Source of the DNA: an uncultured cyanobacterium | Lineage (GTDB): Bacteria; Cyanobacteriota; Cyanobacteriia; Cyanobacteriales; CAWUOF01 | Direction of reading: 5' to 3' | Length of the DNA stretch: 64,000 bases | NCBI GenBank assembly: GCA_963744145.1 | Contig: CAVUSO010000001.1 | Coordinates: 2,592,001 to 2,656,000, forward strand | Part shown: positions 28,755-38,602 of the stretch, piece by piece | Layout: each line of letters starts with the position of its first letter | Position numbering within the stretch: position 1 is the first letter of the stretch | The notes under the pieces: generated by a model | The model's database searches: none | What the model saw: only the letters and a program-made list of their open reading frames with translations | Told to the model about the DNA's origin: nothing | Made by a program: the position numbers and the translations under genes

Positions 28755-29369
28755 TCACTGATTTGGGGGTTCACTGATCGATGAGACTAGCTCACGCGGA
28801 CGTTCAGGCAATTTTAATGCTTGAGAACGATTTTGTTCCACCAAAGTTTCTTCTGGCAAAAATTCTCGCCGCGCCAACATAATTGCACCGATCATGGCAA
28901 TTAACAACAGCACCGATGCTAACTCAAAGGGCAGCAAAAAGTCTGTAAAAAAATGTTTCCCAATGGTGACAATTGCCTCATTCCCGATCGCCCGAGCCGG
29001 GTCTAATGGCCAGGGAGTGCCCACAGCCATTGCCCCTAACAGGACAAAAATTCCCACACAAACTAGAGCTGTTGCAGTTTTCCGAATCCATGAGTTGGCG
29101 ATCGGCGCAAAATCTTCCCGTTTATTTACCAACATAATGGCAAATAAAATCAGGACATTAACCGCTCCGATATAGATCAAAACCTGGGCAACTGCTACAA
29201 AATCCGCATTCAGCAATAAGTAAATCCCAGCAATACTAATAAATACGCCCCCCAACAAAAAAGCTGAGTAGACAATATTGGTAAACAGGACAACACCTAA
29301 AGCTGAACCAATCAGCATCAGCGTCAATATCCCAAACGAAACTAGCTGAACCCCTTCTCCTAGATTCAC
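28755..29369 (-). CDS. ndhG: NDH-1 subunit 6 (NuoJ)
   Basis: NIVYSAFLLG, QVLIYIGAVNVLILFAIML, LPFELASVLLL. Confidence 0.96.
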   Translation of the reverse strand: MNLGEGVQLVSFGILTLMLIGSALGVVLFTNIVYSAFLLGGVFISIAGIYLLLNADFVAVAQVLIYIGAVNVLILFAIMLVNKREDFAPIANSWIRKTATALVCVGIFVLLGAMAVGTPWPLDPARAIGNEAIVTIGKHFFTDFLLPFELASVLLLIAMIGAIMLARREFLPEETLVEQNRSQALKLPERPRELVSSISEPPNQ

Positions 29370-29403
29370 AATTTTTTTGTCCTTTGCTAATTAATGACCG
29401 GTA

Positions 29404-29988
29404 CTATTTTTCTATTTGTTCAAGAATTTCTTCAGGACGCTGACCAGCACGACGAGCATCGCTGGGTAAGTCGTGGGGATCTAAAACCCCTTTGGGTAAA
29501 TAGACTAATTCGCGCAACGGAGTCACCATTGGATCATTCGTCACCTTATAGGGTAAACGTCCCAGGGCGACGCTATCATAATTTAATTCATGGCGATCGT
29601 AAGCAGCCAACTCATATTCTTCTGTCATTGACAAACAATTGGTCGGGCAATATTCCACACAATTGCCACAAAAGATACAGACACCAAAGTCAATGCTGTA
29701 GTGTTTGAGCTTTTTCTTTTTGGTTTCTTTATTAAATTCCCAATCAACCACGGGTAGATTGATCGGACAAACCCGAACACAAACTTCACAAGCGATACAC
29801 TTATCAAATTCAAAATGAATCCGACCGCGAAACCTTTCGGACGGAATTAGTTTTTCATAGGGATATTGAACCGTAATTGGTCGTCTCCGCATATGGTCAA
29901 AGGTAACCGACAATCCTTGACCGATGTGTTTAGCAGCTTGTACGGTTTCTTTAGTGTAATCACTAACTTGCTGGAGGAATTTGAGCAT
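29404..29988 (-). CDS. ndhI: NDH-1 subunit I (2x4Fe-4S)
   Basis: [12 protein letters not shown] and [12 protein letters not shown]. Confidence 0.97.
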   Translation of the reverse strand: MLKFLQQVSDYTKETVQAAKHIGQGLSVTFDHMRRRPITVQYPYEKLIPSERFRGRIHFEFDKCIACEVCVRVCPINLPVVDWEFNKETKKKKLKHYSIDFGVCIFCGNCVEYCPTNCLSMTEEYELAAYDRHELNYDSVALGRLPYKVTNDPMVTPLRELVYLPKGVLDPHDLPSDARRAGQRPEEILEQIEK

Positions 29989-30047
29989 GGTTGTTTCTCA
30001 CTCTTATCAATAATTAGTAATGGTAATTGCGATTCACCTCTGAGCCA

Positions 30048-31166
30048 TTACCCACCAAAAGCAAAGGGAAATGCTAGTTTCAGTGCTGCTGTTAACAGCA
30101 GGTTGACTAGTGCTACTGGGAGGAGAAATTTCCAACCAAGATCTAATAACTGGTCAATCCGCACCCTTGGTACAGTCCAGCGCATTAAAATCGCTAGGAA
30201 TACGAAAAAGTAAGCCTTCAGTAGGGTCATGGTAATGCCGAGGATGGAAGTGATTAGTTGTAACCAAGGAGTGGTTTCACTAATTCCTAACCAACCAGCT
30301 AATACTTCTACTGGAATGGGAAATCCCCAACCACCTAGATATAAAACCGCAACTAACAGGGAAGAAAGGACTAAGTTTACATAAGAACCTAAGTAAAACA
30401 GAGCAAATTTCATCCCTGAATACTCAGTTTGATAACCTGCAACTATTTCTTCTTCAGCTTCAGGAAGGTCAAAAGGTAATCTTTCGCATTCTGCTAAAAC
30501 CGCAATCCAAAAGATGATAAAGCCAACTGGTTGACGCCAAATATTCCAACTGAGAATTCCATAACCAGATTGCTGGTTGACTATCTCAATGGTGCTGAGA
30601 CTATTGGACATCATCACGATCGCTAGTACCGCTAGCGCTAAGGGAATTTCATAACTAATCGACTGTGCGGCTGCCCGTAATCCTCCGAGCAGTGAATATT
30701 TATTATTGGAAGCATATCCAGACATCAGCAAGCCAATGGGCTGAATACTAGATAGGGCAATCCACAAAAACACTGCCATGTTCAGATCGGCAATCAGCAA
30801 ATTTTGCCCAAAGGGAACGATCAAATAGGACAAAAACACTGGGATCACGACGATAATCGGTCCCATCGTGAACAGGAATGGATCTGCTTTAGCTGGAGCG
30901 ATGTCCTCTTTGAATAGGAGTTTGAGACCATCAGCTACTGGGGCTAGGACTCCTAATGGGCCAATATATTCGGGGCCGATCCGTTGTTGCACCGCAGCAG
31001 AAATTTTTCGTTCTAGCCAAACTGCAATTAGTACACCTACGGTAGAGCCAATCAAAATTACTAACATGGGCAGTGGGAGCCATAAGGTTTTGGCTACATC
31101 CCCTGGGAAGCCCAAATCTGTCAGGGCTTGAATAAAACTTCCTTGTAAGTCAATTCCTGGGTTCAT
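30048..31166 (-). CDS. ndhA: NDH-1 subunit 1 (NuoH)
   Basis: [38 protein letters not shown]. Confidence 0.97.
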   Translation of the reverse strand: MNPGIDLQGSFIQALTDLGFPGDVAKTLWLPLPMLVILIGSTVGVLIAVWLERKISAAVQQRIGPEYIGPLGVLAPVADGLKLLFKEDIAPAKADPFLFTMGPIIVVIPVFLSYLIVPFGQNLLIADLNMAVFLWIALSSIQPIGLLMSGYASNNKYSLLGGLRAAAQSISYEIPLALAVLAIVMMSNSLSTIEIVNQQSGYGILSWNIWRQPVGFIIFWIAVLAECERLPFDLPEAEEEIVAGYQTEYSGMKFALFYLGSYVNLVLSSLLVAVLYLGGWGFPIPVEVLAGWLGISETTPWLQLITSILGITMTLLKAYFFVFLAILMRWTVPRVRIDQLLDLGWKFLLPVALVNLLLTAALKLAFPFAFGG

Positions 31167-31384
31167 GGTTAACACTTAACTTGCTTTGTGAAGATTTCTT
31201 ACTACTTCACAAATTCCAGTATATAGCTCGATTGTGTTTCCGAACCGATCGAGTCAGATGTTAACAATTTTAGCAACCGTTTTTGGTGCCTAGAGCAATT
31301 GACAAACTCACATTTTTCTTTCTGATTGATACCATATAGAAAAGTTGATAGTAATTGATCTGCAATGCCGATCGCCCAAAAATA

Positions 31385-31412
31385 GACCCTTAGCATCATG
31401 AATCTAAGGGTC
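31385..31412 (-). terminator. Stem-loop downstream of gltA
   Basis: GACCCTTAG...CTAAGGGTC inverted repeat followed by a T-rich tract on the minus strand. Confidence 0.55.
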
Positions 31413-31450
31413 AAATTTCACCAAAATCAATTCTCTTTCAACTCAGGAGA

Positions 31451-32587
31451 TTAGCGTTTTTCAATGGGAATATAGGGTGCCTCGTGCAAACCAGTATAAA
31501 TTTGGGTCGGACGGAAAATCCGGTTTTCCGCTAACTGTTCTTTCCAATGAGCTAACCATCCTGCTACACGTGCGATCGCAAAAATTGGTGTAAATAGATC
31601 GATGGGAATACCCAATTTCCGATAAACCAGTCCTGAATAGAAATCTACGTTTGCGTAAATTCCTTTTGAACCGAGTTTTTCTTCCACGACTCGTTCTAGT
31701 TCTAAGGCTATATCATAGTATTCATCATGGCCAAATTTTTCAAACAGTTTTTCGGCCAGGTTTTGCAGGATCGTGGCTCGTGGATCTTTAACTTTGTAAA
31801 CTCGGTGACCAAAACCCATAATTTTGGATTTGTTTTCCACACATTTTTCTATGTAGGGACGGACATTTTCCACTGAGCCAATTGTTTCCAACATTTCAAT
31901 TACTTCTTCATTTGCTCCACCATGCAATGGACCGCCCAAAGTTCCTACCGCTGAAGCTACTACTGCATAAGGATCAGTCAGGGTGGATGCTGTCACCCGT
32001 GATGAAAAAGTAGAAGCATTCATAGTATGTTCGGCATGGAGTGTCAGACAAACATCAAATATATGAGCTGCTAACGGATCGGGTTGCTGTTCGTTGAGCA
32101 TATAGAGAAAATTGGCAGAATAGTCCAAATCATCTCTTGGTTGGACTGGATCGTTTCCTTTTCTAATCAATTGGAAAGCTGCTACCATGGTCGGAATTTT
32201 GGCCAATAACCGCACTACTGCCGCCCGAATATAGGCGGGGTTATCTAGAGCCCGTCGGGAATAGAATAAACCCAAAGCCGCAGCACTAGCTTGGAGTGCG
32301 TCCATGGGATGGCCACTTTCGGGAAAGCATTTCATCATATCCCGAATTCGATATTTAATCCGTCGATGATAACGGATTTCATGTTCAAAGTCTTTTAGCT
32401 CTTGTTCGGTGGGCAGTTCGTTCCAGATCAATAGATAGGAAGTTTCTAAGAAGTTACTTTTTTCGGCTAAATCTTCAATCCGAATTCCTCGATATTCCAG
32501 TATGCCCCTTTGCCCATCTACATAGCTGATGCTGGATTGAGCAGCAGGAATATTTTCTAGACCTGGTCTGTATTCGCAAATATACAT
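31451..32587 (-). CDS. gltA: Citrate synthase
   Basis: LHAEH..NAST, GPLHGGANE, MGFGHRVYK, NVDFYSG. Confidence 0.97.
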   Translation of the reverse strand: MYICEYRPGLENIPAAQSSISYVDGQRGILEYRGIRIEDLAEKSNFLETSYLLIWNELPTEQELKDFEHEIRYHRRIKYRIRDMMKCFPESGHPMDALQASAAALGLFYSRRALDNPAYIRAAVVRLLAKIPTMVAAFQLIRKGNDPVQPRDDLDYSANFLYMLNEQQPDPLAAHIFDVCLTLHAEHTMNASTFSSRVTASTLTDPYAVVASAVGTLGGPLHGGANEEVIEMLETIGSVENVRPYIEKCVENKSKIMGFGHRVYKVKDPRATILQNLAEKLFEKFGHDEYYDIALELERVVEEKLGSKGIYANVDFYSGLVYRKLGIPIDLFTPIFAIARVAGWLAHWKEQLAENRIFRPTQIYTGLHEAPYIPIEKR

Positions 32588-32675
32588 GGCTCGACCTTGT
32601 TTTTATTGCAATATTCTCAGGTTAAGGTAACGCAAAAGTAATCTTAATTGTCTTTTCCCCAGGATAATTTAATCG

Positions 32676-33173
32676 CTAAACCAGAAATTTTGGTGATGTT
32701 AACCAAAATAACAGGCTTCGCCCCACTGGAGCTCCGGTTTTTGGGATTTTTAAGCCAATGATGCCTGATTTCTTTAAGATCAATACTTCTTTAAATTCAC
32801 CCCAAACTAAAATTTCTGCCCATTTACCCAGGTCAGGTTGATGGCCAATTAATGCTAATCGGGTGATGTTTTTGCCGATCGCTGGTTCTAACCACTTTAA
32901 CCAGGTGTTAATATCTCCATCGGGTGCTAGAGCCGGAAATTCTTCTAACTGGGTACTTAAACCAGCTTTTTTCAGGATGTCAGCGGTTTGACGAGCGCGG
33001 ATTAAAGGGCTGGTTAAGATCACATCAAATTGATTACCGATCTGGTTAAGTCGAGCCGCAACTTTTTTGGCTTGCTCTTCTCCTTTCGGGGTCAGTGGTC
33101 TTTCCTCGTCCTTAGAGTGTTTTTCTGCATCCACAGCGATCGCGTGACGGATTAAGTATAGTTCGATGGTCAT
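32676..33173 (-). CDS. sixA: Phosphohistidine phosphatase SixA
   Basis: LYLIRHAIA, RPLT, SPLIRARQTA, IGHQP. Confidence 0.92.
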   Translation of the reverse strand: MTIELYLIRHAIAVDAEKHSKDEERPLTPKGEEQAKKVAARLNQIGNQFDVILTSPLIRARQTADILKKAGLSTQLEEFPALAPDGDINTWLKWLEPAIGKNITRLALIGHQPDLGKWAEILVWGEFKEVLILKKSGIIGLKIPKTGAPVGRSLLFWLTSPKFLV

Positions 33174-33355
33174 GGTTACTCAGGTAGTAGGGTGATTTAA
33201 TCTGTGGAAATAATTTAATTATCAGGGTTAATTAACTTCATTAGCTTTTTTTTTAAATTTGGCAATCAAAAACTTCCTCAAATTTTCACCATAAACTATG
33301 CACCAAACTAGGACTAGCCAGGTTTGGTCTTGAAGATTTGGTCTGAATTAACAGC

Positions 33356-33853
33356 TTATAGACCAATCACATATTTTTGCCATTCCTGGTGCATTCCACT
33401 TTTCAGGTGCTTGCTGACTTCAAAATGAAGACTGCTATAGGGTTTCCGGGGTGGATGATGCAAGGGCATATTTGCTTCTTTCGGGGTGCGGTTCCCTTTT
33501 TTGATGTTGCAACGTACACAAGCCGTCACAATATTTTCCCAAGAGTCTCCACCACCGCGAGAACGGGGGAAAACATGGTCGAGGGTCATATCATCACCCG
33601 TATAACCGCAGTATTGACAACAGTGTCCGTCACGATGCAGGATGTTCCGGCGGGTCAGAGGAATTTCCTGGTAAGGAACTCGGACATAGTGTCGCAATCG
33701 GATCACTGTAGGTAGAGGCCATTCGGCATAGACAACTTTGCCGTTGTGTTCTACCTGTTCTGCTTTACCTTTGAGCAACAACACCACAGCCCGCCGCCAG
33801 TTGGTAATGTTGAGAGGTTCGTAAGATGCGTTCAATACGAGAACCTTGCCCAT
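33356..33853 (-). CDS. HNH endonuclease (conserved McrA-like family)
   Basis: VLVLNASYEPL, RDGHCCQYCG, TLDHV.PRSRGG, ACVRCN..KG. Confidence 0.92.
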   Translation of the reverse strand: MGKVLVLNASYEPLNITNWRRAVVLLLKGKAEQVEHNGKVVYAEWPLPTVIRLRHYVRVPYQEIPLTRRNILHRDGHCCQYCGYTGDDMTLDHVFPRSRGGGDSWENIVTACVRCNIKKGNRTPKEANMPLHHPPRKPYSSLHFEVSKHLKSGMHQEWQKYVIGL

Positions 33854-34106
33854 TGATTATTGCTGAGGAGAAGATTTTTCCAGATCCTAGCACAACTTGC
33901 TCAGATTAGATCAGCCGATCGGCATCTAATCTAGCAAATTAGTAGAAAACTCGAAATCCCAAATCACTTTGACAGTAGAATGGAAGGGTACTCCCAGGCG
34001 GCATTACCTGGCCAGACTACCTGGTCAACTCTTTGCTCGTGCCATCCTATGCCCATCAATTCCAGGGTGATCCCCTAAATCGGTGCAAAATCAGACAAAT
34101 TGACGG

Positions 34107-34135
34107 TTGACAATAAAGTTATTGCAAAGTATAAT
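34107..34135 (+). promoter_or_regulatory. Perfect consensus sigma70 promoter with an overlapping inverted repeat
   Basis: TTGACA (34107-34112), 17 bp spacer, TATAAT (34130-34135). CAATAA-AG-TTATTG at 34111-34124. Confidence 0.75.
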
Positions 34136-34362
34136 AAACAAAGGTTCTTAAATACATACTATGGTATCTTATCCCCAAAGTATTACAGTGCAAGTCATTG
34201 GCGTGAAAATAAAGCAAGCATTTCAGTCAGATTAAATGCAGATTTGATTTAGAATCCTTTCCAGCTAGCCTGCACAAATTCATGACTAATGGTTTAGCAT
34301 TCTAGATGCTAAAAAGCCTAAAAAGATTTTCAAGACCACTAATTCTAAGTAAAAAAAAGAGA

Positions 34363-35361
34363 ATGAGTAAATATTTGCCTCAATTTAACCGCAATTGGGC
34401 TGGTTTTTCTGATGTTTTTGGTGTTTCAGCTGATCAGGTTATTTCGAGTATGGATGATGCGGGTGATGATATCCCCGAGCAAGAGCCTAAATATAATATT
34501 TCCTTAAATGCAGTTGGTATAAGTCGCCACGATATTCCCGTCCAAATTTTAGATCCCTTTGGTTCAGGAGAAGTTGTACAAGTTCCTTGTTCTGTCATTG
34601 CCGAAACTGCTGTACCTTACTATAAGCGAGGTATACATATGTCTCGGATTGGCAATCTATTCGCTCAGTTGACAGAAAAAGTGTTTGTGAGTTTACAAGA
34701 ATACTCTTTAAATGTCGCCAACTTGTTAACAGATTTAGAATATGATGGCTCATCTAAAGTAGAAGTCAAGGGGAAACTATCCTATTTAGAACAAGTTGAA
34801 GGTTGGAAGACGGAAAAAAATAAAGTATCGTTAGAACATATAGGTTTAACTGCAAGTACTTATACTAAACAGGAAAAAGGTTATATCCAGAATGCTGGAA
34901 TAGAAGTTTCTAACATTACAGCTTGTCCCTGTGTCCAAAGCACTTATCGACATACGCTATTAAAAAGCAATAGCGAACTGGAGAAGCGCTTAATTAATCC
35001 TTTAATTACCCATTCTCAAAGATGTCGGACTAAGGTAGAGATTTTGAATATTGATGGACAGCTGAATATTCCGATTAAAGAGATCCTCCATCAAGTTGAT
35101 CTAGGAATTGTGAGGGTACTAAATACTCTACCCAGAGAATATGAGCTTTTAATGGTTTATCAAGCACATCGGTATCCTCAATTTATTGAAGATGTGGTCA
35201 GAGAAATAGCGGTTAAAGTCTCTCAAGTTACTCAAGAAAATTTCCCAAATAGTTCTATTCGGGTGACTTCCCAGAGCATGGAATCAATCCATGATTTTGA
35301 TATCCAAGCTTTACTGGAAGATTCCATCCAAAATTTTTGCAACGCAGCTCGTTCAATTTAA
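34363..35361 (+). CDS. folE2: GTP cyclohydrolase I type IB (FolE2/MptA family)
   Basis: RGIHMSR, TACPC, THSQR, PQFIEDVVR, ESIH motifs. Start is either 34306 or 34363. Confidence 0.85.
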   Translation: MSKYLPQFNRNWAGFSDVFGVSADQVISSMDDAGDDIPEQEPKYNISLNAVGISRHDIPVQILDPFGSGEVVQVPCSVIAETAVPYYKRGIHMSRIGNLFAQLTEKVFVSLQEYSLNVANLLTDLEYDGSSKVEVKGKLSYLEQVEGWKTEKNKVSLEHIGLTASTYTKQEKGYIQNAGIEVSNITACPCVQSTYRHTLLKSNSELEKRLINPLITHSQRCRTKVEILNIDGQLNIPIKEILHQVDLGIVRVLNTLPREYELLMVYQAHRYPQFIEDVVREIAVKVSQVTQENFPNSSIRVTSQSMESIHDFDIQALLEDSIQNFCNAARSI

Positions 35362-35375
35362 TCACAACCCCAAAA

Positions 35376-36071
35376 ATGGTTACAGTCACCACTATTAATA
35401 GACCACAAACAACAGTGGTTTTAGCAATGAGTGCTGATGGGAAGATTTCCGATTTTAAGCGATCGCCTCCTAAATTCGGTTCCCCATCTGATCAAGCACA
35501 CTTAGAAAAGCAAATCGCTCAATCTGATGGTGTAATGTTGGGTGCTGGAACTCTCCGTGCTGATGGGATTGCTGCCATTATTACTAACCCTGAACTTCTA
35601 GAACAACGGAAACAGCAAGGGAAATCACCACAACTAGTCCAAATTGTTTGCTCTGGTGGTGGTTTAATCGATCCCCAATTAGACTTTTTTCATCAACCTG
35701 TATCGCGTTGGTTGCTCACGACTAAAATCGGTGCTCAACATTGGCAAGGACGTTCAGAATTTGAGCAGATTTTAATTATGGAAACACCGAAAGGAGAAAT
35801 AGACTGGATTAGTGCTTTTGGGCAATTAACCACCTTAGGAATGAGCCATATTTCAATAATTGGTGGTGGTGAATTAGTATCCTCACTACTATTATTTGAT
35901 TTGATTGATGAAATATGGTTAACAATATGTCCTTTGATTTTTGGTGGTTTAACAGCACCTACCCCAGTAGCAGGTAAAGGTTTTTTATTTTCAGAAGCTC
36001 CTCGGTTAGAATTGTTAGAACTGCATAAAATTGATCAGGAAGTTTTCCTTCACTATCGCCGAAAAAGATGA
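35376..36071 (+). CDS. RibD C-terminal (DHFR-fold) reductase family protein
   Basis: AMSADGKI, GAGTLR, GGGEL...LIDEIWLTICPLIFGG..AP. Confidence 0.88.
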   Translation: MVTVTTINRPQTTVVLAMSADGKISDFKRSPPKFGSPSDQAHLEKQIAQSDGVMLGAGTLRADGIAAIITNPELLEQRKQQGKSPQLVQIVCSGGGLIDPQLDFFHQPVSRWLLTTKIGAQHWQGRSEFEQILIMETPKGEIDWISAFGQLTTLGMSHISIIGGGELVSSLLLFDLIDEIWLTICPLIFGGLTAPTPVAGKGFLFSEAPRLELLELHKIDQEVFLHYRRKR

Positions 36072-36178
36072 TCAAGAAAGTTCTTGGTGAGTAATGATTT
36101 GGCAGTTTGAGATTAATTTTTAACTGCCAATTTGCTTTCTCGGCCAAAATCAAATATGGAGAGACAGATAATTTCCAA

Positions 36179-38452
36179 TTATTGCAGCAGCTCTATAATA
36201 GTATCAAATTGATAATTATTAACTAAATCAAATAGTTCCTTATTTAAAGCAGCATCATCATCAGGGAGTTCAGCAAGTAAGTTAAAAATTAAATCTGCAT
36301 CAGCACAAATAGCTCCGTAATACAACCGTTTTAGCCATTCATTGGGCTTTGTCTGGAGCATTTCCTTAGTTGGTTTTTCGGTAGAGAGTGTTAATTTAGC
36401 CAAAGATGGCTGTTGATTTTCGCTTTCATAAATATAACTAATTTGTAAATGTTCGGCAATTTTTGTTAAAATCACATCTTCTTGAAAAGGTTTACTAAGA
36501 AAGTCGTCACAACCTGCGGCTAAAATTGCGGCTCTTTCTTCATCAAAGGTACTAGCAGTTAAAGCAATAATTACTGGGTTAAACCTAGATTGATTTGTAG
36601 CTTTAATAGATTTAGTAGCTGCATATCCATCCATAATGGGCATCCGCATATCCATTAAAATCAAGTGGGGTTGCCAACTTAAACACAAATCGACAGCTTC
36701 TTGACCATTTTCAGCTTCACACACTTGAAATCCGATTCTTTTTAAGAATTTTATAATAGGGAGTCTATTGATTTTAGCATCATCAACGATCAGAATGCGG
36801 TAAGGTGGTTGTTCTGGTGCTAAACCAATCACCCGGATTTTGGCTTTTTTGGTTTCAATTTTTGGCGATCGAGACAAAGTAACCTGAATATCAAATGTAA
36901 AAATAGTGCCTTGATTAGGAATACTACTAACCCAGATATCTCCTCCCATCATTTGCACAAATTTTCGGCTAATGGGTAAACCTAATCCACTACCCTCTTG
37001 GGATTTACGACCTGTTTCAGTTTGGACAAATGGATCAAACAGAGTAGCGAGTTCTTCTGATGCTATTCCTAACCCCGTATCGGCAACTTTAAATAGCAAA
37101 CGTGCCGAGGTCAATGATCTAATTTCATCAGCTTTACTTACCTGTAATTTCACTTGACCTATGTCCGTAAATTTAATCGAATTTCCCAGTAAATTTAGCA
37201 AAACTTGCCGCAATTTATTTTCATCTGTTTGGACAAATTGAGGCAGATCAATACTACGTTCATGGATTAATTTTAAACCTTTAGATTTCGCTTTAACTTG
37301 CAGCATTTGTTCAACATGATCAAGCAAATTATATAAATTAAAACAATTTTCGTTCAGAGTTAATTTACCAGCTTCAATTTGAGACATCGATAAAATATCA
37401 TTAATTAAAGTCAGTAAATGTTCCCCACTGCGATTAATAATCGTCACATATTCTCTCTGTTCTGGATTCAGTGCTAAATCGCGCTCTAGCAATTGAGAAA
37501 AGCCTAAAATAGCATTTAATGGAGTCCGCAGTTCGTGACTCATATTGGCTAAAAATAAACTTTTAGTAAGATTAGCTTTATCCGCAGTTTCCTTGGCTTG
37601 TTGCAGGGCAGATTCTGCATATTTACGGGCGGTAATATCGACAACAGTTGCCGCAGCTCCGATCGCATTTCCATGTTGATCAATTAAGCTCGTATTATGC
37701 CATTCACAAATAATAATTTTCCCATCTTTGGTGATATTTTCATTAATACTACAAGAGCTACTTTGAGTACGAATCAACTCAAGTAAGCTTAATTTCATTA
37801 GCTCTTGATGATTTTCAGTCATCACCAGTCTAGTAATATTAATACCTAAAATCTGATCTTTTTGATAACCAAAAATTAATTCAGCAGTTGGGTTCCAATC
37901 GACAATTTCTAAGTCAAGATTTATTTCAATTAAAGCTAAAGGAGTTTGTTTAAATAAAAAGGAAAGTCTTGATTGAGAATTGATCAATTCCTCTTCTACA
38001 CTCTTGCGATCGCTAATATCAATGGCTGTACCAATAATTTGTTTTGGTTTACCATCAGCAGTTCTAGTAAACACACTATCACGACTCAAAAACCAGTGCC
38101 ATTCACCGTTTTTATGCCGCAATCGATATTCCGACTCCAGCACTTCACCTTCTTGAAAAGCATAAAATTTTTTCAGCTTTTGCGGAACTTTAGCCAAATC
38201 ATTTGGGTGCATTAATTTAGTAAAAGCTAAATCCCCTAATTCTTGTGCTGCTTCAGGTGAATAACCTAAAACTATACCAATTTCTCGATTAACATACACA
38301 GTCCGTTTTTCTAGTAAGTCGTAAATATAGATAAGATTAGGGTTAATTGCGGCAAAAAAAGCCCGTAGTTTAGATTCGGAAGCTAACCGTGCTAGCTCTG
38401 CTAGATCTGTTTGATTTGGATAGATATTCATCTGTTTCTCAGGTAATACCAA
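36179..38452 (-). CDS. Cytoplasmic PAS-PAS hybrid histidine kinase with receiver domain
   Basis: Two PAS/PAC domains, FLANMSHELRTPLN, LLGNSIKFT, DTGLGI, GSGLGL, receiver LILMDMRMP. Confidence 0.93.
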   Translation of the reverse strand: MVLPEKQMNIYPNQTDLAELARLASESKLRAFFAAINPNLIYIYDLLEKRTVYVNREIGIVLGYSPEAAQELGDLAFTKLMHPNDLAKVPQKLKKFYAFQEGEVLESEYRLRHKNGEWHWFLSRDSVFTRTADGKPKQIIGTAIDISDRKSVEEELINSQSRLSFLFKQTPLALIEINLDLEIVDWNPTAELIFGYQKDQILGINITRLVMTENHQELMKLSLLELIRTQSSSCSINENITKDGKIIICEWHNTSLIDQHGNAIGAAATVVDITARKYAESALQQAKETADKANLTKSLFLANMSHELRTPLNAILGFSQLLERDLALNPEQREYVTIINRSGEHLLTLINDILSMSQIEAGKLTLNENCFNLYNLLDHVEQMLQVKAKSKGLKLIHERSIDLPQFVQTDENKLRQVLLNLLGNSIKFTDIGQVKLQVSKADEIRSLTSARLLFKVADTGLGIASEELATLFDPFVQTETGRKSQEGSGLGLPISRKFVQMMGGDIWVSSIPNQGTIFTFDIQVTLSRSPKIETKKAKIRVIGLAPEQPPYRILIVDDAKINRLPIIKFLKRIGFQVCEAENGQEAVDLCLSWQPHLILMDMRMPIMDGYAATKSIKATNQSRFNPVIIALTASTFDEERAAILAAGCDDFLSKPFQEDVILTKIAEHLQISYIYESENQQPSLAKLTLSTEKPTKEMLQTKPNEWLKRLYYGAICADADLIFNLLAELPDDDAALNKELFDLVNNYQFDTIIELLQ

Positions 38453-38496
38453 TAACCCATGAAATTGTACTTAATCTGAGTCTGATCTGTTAGCTA

Positions 38497-38555
38497 TGGG
38501 CAGGTTTATGATAGTTATCTGTTAGTGACCAAATTTATTGGTAAACCTGCCCCCA
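38497..38555. repeat. REP-like inverted repeat (GGGCAGGTTTA...TAAACCTGCCC)
   Basis: Direct inspection; intergenic between cyclase and kinase. Confidence 0.65.
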
Positions 38556-38602
38556 CCCACAGATCAATCGTCATACTTTTATCCCCTAGTATTACACTTT
38601 TT

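Noticed and set aside
33356..33853. HNH nuclease as a homing or defence element
   Set aside because: It belongs to a widely conserved stand-alone family in a housekeeping context, with no intron or mobile features.
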